Under the pieces are notes generated by a model that did not search any database, had not been told where the DNA came from, and was given only the letters and a program-made list of their open reading frames with translations. Positions 51,776-58,318 of a DNA stretch of 64,000 nucleotides are shown here, piece after piece. The position numbers and the translations under genes were made by a program. Position 1 is the first letter of the stretch, and every line of letters begins with the position of its first letter. Location of the stretch: contig DCFZ01000049.1 of the NCBI GenBank assembly GCA_002314455.1, positions 30,362 through 94,361 of the forward strand. Reading direction: 5' to 3'. The DNA is from Lentisphaeria bacterium UBA1791. Its GTDB lineage: Bacteria; Verrucomicrobiota; Lentisphaeria; Victivallales; Victivallaceae.

Positions 51776-53347
51776 TTATGGTTCATCTTCTTCGTCATCT
51801 TCGCGCAGCGGATCCTCAATCCGGCGAGAGATTCCCGTCGACATACTCTTGTCGGCGGGCATCCACGGCACATCAGGCGTAACGACTTCCGCTTCGGCGG
51901 TAACGATGACGTAGGTTCTTTCCTTGATGCTGGTCACGGTGCTGAAAAGGTATTTGATCACGGGGATGCGGCAGAGGAAGGGAATGCCGATTGTCTGCTC
52001 GACGTCGTTTTCCTTTTCGTAGATGGCGAGCACTTTTTCCTGCCCGAAACCGAGTGACGTGGCGCCGCAGATCAGCGTGGAGCTTTCCAGTTCCGAGCCG
52101 GTGTTGCCGCGTTCGACGATCGCCTTGAAAAAGATCGAATAGTCAAAGAGCACGCCGCCCTGCTTGGGAAGTTCATTTTGCATCTTGTAGTATTCCGGCG
52201 TCGAGGGGATGAAGCCGTTGGCGTCGACGGCGGCTTTGTCACTGCCGAGACAGATGAAAGGATTGACGATTTTTGCCTCAAGATTCGGCGGATTGGAGTG
52301 TTTTTCGCCATCTTCGTCTTCGGTGAAGCTTTTGCCGATGAACGAGCGGCCGAGGGTGTTTTTCTGAATGTTCTGGTATTCCGGCTGCATCGAAATGCGA
52401 TAGATGAAAGGAGCGGTATCCGGTTGCTTTTCCTGAATTTTTTTCAGCAGCGCATATTCTTCCTCGTTGGCGACGGGAGTGTTGATCATCACCATGCTCG
52501 CGTGGGCAACCGCCGTCGCGGTACCCGACTGTTGCAGACAGCGGATGAAGCTCATATCAAACTGCGGCGCGGTAAAGAAGCCGCCCAATCCCCAGCTGGT
52601 GGTGAAATTGAACGCATGTTGCGCCAATTGGCCGAGCATTTCGTTGAGTACCATTTCTCCCGCATTGTAGCCGGCGGAAAACAAATTGACGCCGGGGCCG
52701 TTTTTCCACGCGAGATAGTCGAAGCCCCAGTCCTTGAGGTCGCTGTCGCGCATCTGATAGTAGTTGATGCGCACTTGCACTTGCGGCACCGGGCGGTCGA
52801 GCCGTTCGACGAAGCTCAACGTGCGCTTGGCGGCGTCGCTCTGATCGCGCCAGAAAATCGTGTTGGTCTCGGTGTTGACGTAGGCGGCTCCGCTGGAACT
52901 TGCGATCGTCGCATTGATGATGTTGCTGAAATCGACGGCGGCGCGGTAGCGCGGCGAATAGGCGATTCGGGTCAATCCCGTGCCGCGGATCGGCGACGTG
53001 CCGGGTTTGCCGGGGCGGTCAAGCGCAAGGATGATCTCATCGACGTAGGGAATGAAATCGCTCCCCGTTGAAACGAGGAGCGCGCCGGTGCCGTTATTCT
53101 GGTCGGTGACGCGGCGTACATTGGAATACGTGTTGTAGCGTTTGATCGCGGAATTGACAAAGGGAAGCATCTCTTCGGCGGAAACGTATTTCAGCACATA
53201 GAGCTTGCTCTCAAAGTGGATCTGGGCGTCGTCCTGCACGAGGTGGATCGTACGCGAACTCTCGTCGGCGGCGAGCGCCGCGCCGCCGAGAAACAGCGCG
53301 CTGCACGATACCGCCAACAACGGTTTGGGTATGAAAGAAACTTTCAT
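51776..53347 (-). CDS. Secretin-family outer-membrane channel protein (paralog B, 523 aa)
   Basis: Signal peptide ...LGGAALA/AD. LYVLKYVSAEEMLPFVNSAI, ALLVSTG, PQVQVRINYYQMRDSDLKDWGFDYLAW. C-terminal block: LAIYEKENDVEQTIGIPFLCRIPVIKYLFSTVTSIKERTYVIVTAEAE. It is clearly paralogous to the downstream gene (aligned blocks LDRP..., ...FSAG). Confidence 0.85.
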   Translation of the reverse strand: MKVSFIPKPLLAVSCSALFLGGAALAADESSRTIHLVQDDAQIHFESKLYVLKYVSAEEMLPFVNSAIKRYNTYSNVRRVTDQNNGTGALLVSTGSDFIPYVDEIILALDRPGKPGTSPIRGTGLTRIAYSPRYRAAVDFSNIINATIASSSGAAYVNTETNTIFWRDQSDAAKRTLSFVERLDRPVPQVQVRINYYQMRDSDLKDWGFDYLAWKNGPGVNLFSAGYNAGEMVLNEMLGQLAQHAFNFTTSWGLGGFFTAPQFDMSFIRCLQQSGTATAVAHASMVMINTPVANEEEYALLKKIQEKQPDTAPFIYRISMQPEYQNIQKNTLGRSFIGKSFTEDEDGEKHSNPPNLEAKIVNPFICLGSDKAAVDANGFIPSTPEYYKMQNELPKQGGVLFDYSIFFKAIVERGNTGSELESSTLICGATSLGFGQEKVLAIYEKENDVEQTIGIPFLCRIPVIKYLFSTVTSIKERTYVIVTAEAEVVTPDVPWMPADKSMSTGISRRIEDPLREDDEEDEP

Positions 53348-53379
53348 CTGGGAACCTTATCTTATAACTGGGGAAGTTT

Positions 53380-53805
53380 TTACAGAAACTGAAATCCGAC
53401 GATCAGGATCTCGTCTTGGACTTTGCCGACAATGACGCGAAAGAGCGCTTCGCCTTTGATCTTTTCACCCTCTTTGTTGCGGCGTTCAAAGGAAATTTTC
53501 CAGACATAGGGGGTGAAGACCGGCATGTCGATGGTCGTGAGATAACGAAATCCGGTCGGCTCGCCCAGCGAGTCGACGATCTGATAACGGTACACGATGA
53601 AATTGAAGTTTTTCAGTTTTTCTTCCGGCAGCAACGAGTTGAATTTTTCCGGTTGATTCAGGATGAACGCGAGAAGCAATTCGCGCGCTTTCTGATATTC
53701 CACCGTTGTCGGTTCTGTTTCTTCCGGAAGTTCCGAGATGATCGTGCATCCCGAAATGATCAACCCGCCGAGCAGGGCGAGCAACCACCGCGTGATCTGT
53801 TTCAT
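53380..53805 (-). CDS. Small lipoprotein (141 aa), first gene of the secretin operon
   Basis: Lipobox LIISGC (MKQITRWLLALLGGLIISGCT). GAAAGGA lies upstream of the ATG. No family recognised; its position and size are compatible with a pilotin-like accessory protein, but that is inference only. Confidence 0.75.
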   Translation of the reverse strand: MKQITRWLLALLGGLIISGCTIISELPEETEPTTVEYQKARELLLAFILNQPEKFNSLLPEEKLKNFNFIVYRYQIVDSLGEPTGFRYLTTIDMPVFTPYVWKISFERRNKEGEKIKGEALFRVIVGKVQDEILIVGFQFL

Positions 53806-53861
53806 CGAAATATCCTTTCAGTAATATTGGTTATCAGTGTTGATAGCTTTTGCTGAAAGAT

Positions 53862-53890
53862 AATATATCACAAAAAAGCCTCCGTTTCAA
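53862..53890 (-). promoter_or_regulatory. Promoter of the lipoprotein/secretin/secretin/MarR operon (minus strand TTGAAA - 17 nt - TATATT)
   Basis: The -35 is the reverse complement of 53885-53890 and the -10 of 53862-53867. The -35 lies in the loop of the upstream terminator hairpin. Confidence 0.55.
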
Positions 53891-53898
53891 GCGGAGGC
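53872..53898 (-). terminator. Rho-independent terminator after the tandem-repeat protein gene
   Basis: On the minus strand, GCCTCCG-CTTGAAA-CGGAGGC (53898-53878) is followed by TTTTTT (53877-53872). Confidence 0.7.
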
Positions 53899-53927
53899 AA
53901 GAAAAAATCGGAAAAAAGGCGGCGGCT

Positions 53928-54353
53928 TTACATGTCTTCGAGCATCAGCACCATAAAGATGACCAGCTTGGGGTCGTCGCCGTCGAAGTAGATCACCTGA
54001 TGGCCGTCGCTGTAACGGTAGATGCGGTCGTCGCGACGGTAATACAATTGGTGTCCATCGCTATACCGGTAAAGCCGATGATCGCGGATGTAGTAGAGCT
54101 GATGGCCGTCGCTGTAACGGTAGATCGCGTTGTCGCGTATGTAATAGACTTGATGACCGTCGCTGTAGCGGTAGACCCGGTTGTCGCTGATGTAGTAGAG
54201 TTGATGGCCGTCGCTGTAGCGGTAGATGCGGTTGTCGCGGGTGTAGAAGATCTGGTGACCGTCGCTGTAGCGGTAATAGCGCGCGTCGCCGCGGAGACAC
54301 CACGGAAACGCCATTGCAACCAGCAATCCGGCAAAAAGAAGCGTTTTTTTCAT
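53928..54353 (-). CDS. Secreted tandem-repeat protein: 6 x 17-aa (R-x-Y-R-Y-S-D-G-H-Q-x-Y-Y-x-R-D-N) repeats
   Basis: ATG at 54353 (MKKTLLFAGLLVAMAFPWCLRGD signal-like N-terminus), then six near-identical units such as RIYRYSDGHQLYYISDN and RVYRYSDGHQVYYIRDN, ending in a short hydrophobic tail (KLVIFMVLMLEDM). Confidence 0.8.
   Translation of the reverse strand: MKKTLLFAGLLVAMAFPWCLRGDARYYRYSDGHQIFYTRDNRIYRYSDGHQLYYISDNRVYRYSDGHQVYYIRDNAIYRYSDGHQLYYIRDHRLYRYSDGHQLYYRRDDRIYRYSDGHQVIYFDGDDPKLVIFMVLMLEDM
53976..54281 (-). repeat. Six tandem 51-bp coding repeats
   Basis: A period of 51 bp is read directly (e.g. the recurring CTGATGGCCGTCGCTGTA(A/G)CGGTAGAT on the plus strand). The units are diverged mainly at third positions and at the variable residues. 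Confidence 0.9.
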
Positions 54354-54366
54354 TGGATTTCCCCTT

Positions 54367-56100
54367 TTATTTGACGAGCAACAGTTTAACTTGCTCAAAA
54401 CGCGGTTGAAGTTCTGCTTTTGCCGCCGGTTCGAGCCAGAGAATTGCTTCGTAAGTTGCGATCACGCGCGCATAATCTTTCTTTTCATCGCGCGCGTTGC
54501 CGAAACCGGAGTTGCCGATGATCGCCGCCTGCAGTTCAGCGGCGAGATCGAGCGGCTTCTCTTCGCCGCAACCGGCGGCGCTTTCCAGCTCGGCGAGGAG
54601 TTTTTCCGCCTCGTTGCGCGCCGACTGGAGCGCGCGGTCGACCTTTTGCCGGGCGGCGCCATCGCCTTGGATCGCCGCGGCGATGTTTTTCGCCATCGGG
54701 GCGATCTTGGGCAGTTCGGGGATTGCGGGTGCTTCCACCGGATTTCCTGCGCAGAAATCGAGATAAAGCTTCAGCCACAAGTCGTGCGCCGCGGCGGATT
54801 CTTCGTGCGCTTTGGCGGCGCGTTCGCGCTGTGCCTTGGCGAGCGCGGCGTCGAATTCCAGTTTCGCCTTGCGCTCCGCGTCAAACGTGCGACGATTGGC
54901 GATCTTGCGGAATTCCCCGGCGATTTCGGCGGCGCGGCGCTGATTGGCGATCGGGTCGGCGGCGAGCGTTTTAAGCTCCGTCAACAGCGCTTCGCTCTCG
55001 GCGTCGCGCTTGGCGAATTCCTCGTGGCGCTGATCGAAAAAGTGCGACATCGCCGCGTCGAAAAGTTTCTGCAGGCGGATCTCTTCGCGCCCCGCGTGTT
55101 GCCCCGTTTTGTATTTCTCGCGCAACGCCTTGGCGGCGCGTACATCCTGCAAATTCTGCGCTTCGGCGATCAGCGCCTCGCGCTCCTTGACGGCGGCGGC
55201 GTATTTGCTTTCCAACTCGCTGTAAAAGGCGCTTCTCGCCTTGAAAAAGGCGTCGGCGGCGGTGTGGAAACGCTTGAAAAGTTCCCCCTCTGCATTGCCG
55301 CAATGAGGGAGCGTTTTCCACTGGCTCTGCATCGCCTTGATCCGTTCGGCGCTGGCGCGCCAGTCGGTCGAATTCTGCAAGGCTTCCGCCTCGGCGCAGA
55401 GTTGTTCTTTGACGGAAGCGGATTCTTTTTGCGCCTGCCGTCTGCCGGAAAAATATTCGTCGATCTTGTGCTGTAAACTGCGGGTGAGCTCCAGATATTT
55501 CTGATTGCTCTCGTCAAGCTTTTCCTTGGGGACGCTGCCGAGCGTTTTCCACTTGGCGCGCAATTCCTGCAGTTTTTTTGCCGCGCCGGGCAGATCGGCG
55601 CCCGACAAAGCGTTGAGCTTTTCCAATTCCTTGCAGATATCCAGTTTCAGCGTGTAGCTTTCCCAGCGGGCATAGTCGAGCGTGGCGAAATGCATTGAGA
55701 GCATTTCGCTTGCGCGGCGATAGACTTCCTGATAGCGCTTGGCGGCTTCGCGGGGCAAATGGCCGAGCGCAGTGATCGCCTTTTCGATCTCGAGCTTGCC
55801 GGCGTGCAACTTTTCCATGTCGTTGGCATCGCAAAGCGCCGCAAGTTTCGCCGTGAGCGCATCCGCTTCGGCGGAACGTTGTTTTTCTTTTTCGGCATCG
55901 GCGGCGAAACGCGCCGCGAGCGGGTCGCCCAAGGCGGAAAAGAGCAGTTTTTCCGTATCGTCGTGGGGCAGGGCGTCCCATTGCGCTTTGATCTTTTCGT
56001 ATTCCTGTGCCGTTGCCAGTTCGTTGGCGTCGGCGAGCGACTGAAGTTTTTTCAAGAGCAGTTGTGCCGTTTCCGGCGCGGTCAAGTTGTTTTCCGCCAT
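54367..56100 (-). CDS. DUF349-repeat protein (helical, K/E/A-rich)
   Basis: ATG at 56100 (MAENNLTAPE...). It has repeated DUF349-type units: W(K/D).L(P/G)......(L)..(R)F..A.D.FF (e.g. LRAKWKTLGSVPKEKLDESNQKY..., MQSQWKTLPHCGNAEGELFKRFHTAADAFFKARS, LQKLFDAAMSHFFDQR). Confidence 0.8.
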   Translation of the reverse strand: MAENNLTAPETAQLLLKKLQSLADANELATAQEYEKIKAQWDALPHDDTEKLLFSALGDPLAARFAADAEKEKQRSAEADALTAKLAALCDANDMEKLHAGKLEIEKAITALGHLPREAAKRYQEVYRRASEMLSMHFATLDYARWESYTLKLDICKELEKLNALSGADLPGAAKKLQELRAKWKTLGSVPKEKLDESNQKYLELTRSLQHKIDEYFSGRRQAQKESASVKEQLCAEAEALQNSTDWRASAERIKAMQSQWKTLPHCGNAEGELFKRFHTAADAFFKARSAFYSELESKYAAAVKEREALIAEAQNLQDVRAAKALREKYKTGQHAGREEIRLQKLFDAAMSHFFDQRHEEFAKRDAESEALLTELKTLAADPIANQRRAAEIAGEFRKIANRRTFDAERKAKLEFDAALAKAQRERAAKAHEESAAAHDLWLKLYLDFCAGNPVEAPAIPELPKIAPMAKNIAAAIQGDGAARQKVDRALQSARNEAEKLLAELESAAGCGEEKPLDLAAELQAAIIGNSGFGNARDEKKDYARVIATYEAILWLEPAAKAELQPRFEQVKLLLVK

Positions 56101-56180
56101 AATGATGCCTCGCAATTCTTTGGATATTCAAAAAATAATCCAAAAATGATGTTTTTTCAACTGAAAAAAAGCGATTTCCC

Positions 56181-56209
56181 TTGATTTTTTTGTGAAAAAT
56201 CGCTATATT
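56181..56209 (+). promoter_or_regulatory. Candidate promoter for htpG (TTGATT - 17 nt - TATATT)
   Basis: Hexamers at 56181-56186 and 56204-56209, about 66 nt upstream of the ATG. Confidence 0.45.
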
Positions 56210-56274
56210 TTAAAATGACATCAAAAGGAAAAGCTCCTTGCGGTCAGTCATTTTAAAGATAGGAGTGTGATTTT

Positions 56275-58155
56275 ATGGCAAAAACTCAAGAATTTAAAAC
56301 CGAAGTGCGGCAGTTGCTCAATTTGATGATCAACTCGCTCTACTCGAATCGCGATATCTTTTTGCGCGAATTGATCGCCAACGCCGCCGACGCGCTTGAC
56401 AAGGCGCGCTTCGAGAGCCTGACGAAACCGGAACTCGCCGACAAGTGGCAGATCAGGATCACCTTTGACAAAGAAGCAAAAACGCTGACGATTTCCGACA
56501 ACGGCATCGGTATGAATGAAGCCGAGGTCGTTGAAAACATCGGCACCATCGCCAAGAGCGGCACCCGCGCCTTTTTGCAGATGATGCAAGCGAGCAAGGA
56601 AGCCAAAGGCGATCTGCCGGAAATGATCGGTCAGTTCGGCGTCGGTTTCTACTCGGCTTTCATGGTCGCCAACAAGGTCGAAGTCCGCAGCAAAAAGCGC
56701 GGTTCCGACGATCCCGCCGTCTTGTGGACGAGCGAGGGCGAGGGCAGTTTCACGACCGACGCGGCGCCTGATTACAGCGCCGTCGGCACCGAGATCAAAC
56801 TTTTTCTCAAGGATGACGCCGAGAAATATCTCGACCGCTGGATGATCGTTTCGCTGATCCGCAAGTACAGCGACTACATCGAATATCCGATCGTCGTTCC
56901 GCAGGAAAAGGAAAACGAAGACAAGAGCAAGACGATGGTCGACGAGGTCGTCAATTCGCAAAAGGCGATCTGGTTGCGCAAGCCGAGCGAAGTCACCGAG
57001 GATGAATACAAGAGCTTTTACAGCCACCTTTCCAATTTCGGCGGTACCGAATACCTCAAGGCGATCCACATGGCGGCGGAAGGCGCGAGCGAGTTCAAGG
57101 CGTTGCTTTTTCTCCCCAAGGAAGCGCCGTTCAATTTGCTGATGCCGGAGATCCAGAAAAAAGGACTTCAGCTTTACGTCAAACGCGTTTTCATTACCGA
57201 CGAATGCAAGGCGCTGTTGCCCGATTATCTGCGCTTTGTCTGCGGCGTCGTTGATTCGAGCGATCTGCCGCTGAACGTTTCGCGCGAGATCCTGCAGGAA
57301 AATCCGTTGCTCGGGCGCATCGAAAAGGCGGTCACCGCCAAGATTCTCGGCGAATTGAAACACCTGTTGGAAAACGAACGCGAAAGTTACGAGAAATTTT
57401 TTGATCAGTTCGGCCGCGTTTTGAAAGAGGGTATCCATACCGATTTCGCCAACGGCGACAAGCTGAAAGATCTCGTGCTTTACGAAACGATGAATGGCGA
57501 ACGCGGCAAAAAGATCACGCTTGCCGAATACGTCAAGGCGATGCCGGAAAATCAGAAGGAAATTTTCTATATTTCCGGCGACAAATATGAAGCGGTCGCT
57601 TCCAACCCCGCGCTGGAATATTTCCGCAAAGCCGGTTTCGACGTGCTCTTTATGACTGATCCGATCGACGAATGGATTATGCAGTCGATGTTCCAGTACG
57701 ACAAGAAAAATTTCAAGTCGATCACCAAGGGTGATTTTGCGATCGACGGCGTTGCCGACAAGAGCAAGGAAGCCGCTGAAAAATACGCGAAACTTGTCGA
57801 ATACCTCAAAAAGGAGTTTGCGACCGAGTTGAGCGATGTGCGCTTTTCGGCGCGTCTGACCGACAGTCCCTGCTGTCTGATTACCGAGGGCAACGCGATG
57901 AGTCCCCATCTAGAGCGGCTTTTCCGCGCGATGCATCAGGAAGTGCCTGTCAGCAAGCGTATTCTTGAACTCAATGCGGAGCATCCGCTCGTTGAAAAAT
58001 TGCAGTCGCTGGTCGAAAAGGGGGACGACCCCGAACTCGCAAACTATGTGCGCGTGTTGTACGATCAGGCGCTTTTGATCGAGGGTAGTCCCATCCCCGA
58101 TCCCGCTGAATTCGCCAAACGCGTGACGACGCTTTTGAGCAGCGCGTTGAAGTAA
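56275..58155 (+). CDS. htpG: Molecular chaperone HtpG (Hsp90 family)
   Basis: 626 aa. F..E..QLL.LMI.SLYSN.DIFLRELI.NA.DA.DK, DNGIGM, IG.FGVGFYSAFMVA, and the rest are collinear with HtpG. Confidence 0.97.
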   Translation: MAKTQEFKTEVRQLLNLMINSLYSNRDIFLRELIANAADALDKARFESLTKPELADKWQIRITFDKEAKTLTISDNGIGMNEAEVVENIGTIAKSGTRAFLQMMQASKEAKGDLPEMIGQFGVGFYSAFMVANKVEVRSKKRGSDDPAVLWTSEGEGSFTTDAAPDYSAVGTEIKLFLKDDAEKYLDRWMIVSLIRKYSDYIEYPIVVPQEKENEDKSKTMVDEVVNSQKAIWLRKPSEVTEDEYKSFYSHLSNFGGTEYLKAIHMAAEGASEFKALLFLPKEAPFNLLMPEIQKKGLQLYVKRVFITDECKALLPDYLRFVCGVVDSSDLPLNVSREILQENPLLGRIEKAVTAKILGELKHLLENERESYEKFFDQFGRVLKEGIHTDFANGDKLKDLVLYETMNGERGKKITLAEYVKAMPENQKEIFYISGDKYEAVASNPALEYFRKAGFDVLFMTDPIDEWIMQSMFQYDKKNFKSITKGDFAIDGVADKSKEAAEKYAKLVEYLKKEFATELSDVRFSARLTDSPCCLITEGNAMSPHLERLFRAMHQEVPVSKRILELNAEHPLVEKLQSLVEKGDDPELANYVRVLYDQALLIEGSPIPDPAEFAKRVTTLLSSALK

Positions 58156-58167
58156 AACGACATCCAA

Positions 58168-58255
58168 GGAAGAGTGGTCGAGTGGTTTAAGGCAACGGTC
58201 TTGAAAACCGTCGAGCGGCAACGCTCCGAGGGTTCGAATCCCTCCTCTTCCGCCA
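58168..58255 (+). tRNA. tRNA-Ser (anticodon UGA), 88 nt including encoded CCA
   Basis: Cloverleaf folded by eye: acceptor GGAAGAG/CTCTTCC, D-arm GTCGAGTGGTTTAAGGC, anticodon stem ACGGT/ACCGT with loop CTTGAAA, long variable arm CGAGCGGCAACGCTCC, T-arm GAGGG-TTCGAAT-CCCTC, discriminator G, CCA. It is nearly collinear with E. coli tRNA-Ser(UGA). Confidence 0.95.
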
Positions 58256-58273
58256 TAATTTTATACTAAAATT

Positions 58274-58306
58274 AAGCCGCAGATTAACTTTTGCGGCTTT
58301 CTTTTT
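58274..58306 (+). terminator. Rho-independent terminator after tRNA-Ser
   Basis: An 8-bp stem AAGCCGCA/TGCGGCTT with a 10-nt loop, followed by TCTTTTT. Confidence 0.65.
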
Positions 58307-58318
58307 GCCCCAAATTAG

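Noticed and set aside
50084-53071. Plus-strand ORFs 50084..52057 (657 aa) and 52178..53071 (297 aa)
   Set aside because: They are antisense to the two secretin genes, which carry signal or lipoprotein peptides and the secretin C-terminal signature.
53976-54281. Possible CRISPR array or non-coding minisatellite (regular repeats)
   Set aside because: The period is 51 bp with no unique spacers. The repeats are in frame within a signal-peptide-bearing ORF, and variation is concentrated at codon third positions. This is a coding tandem repeat.
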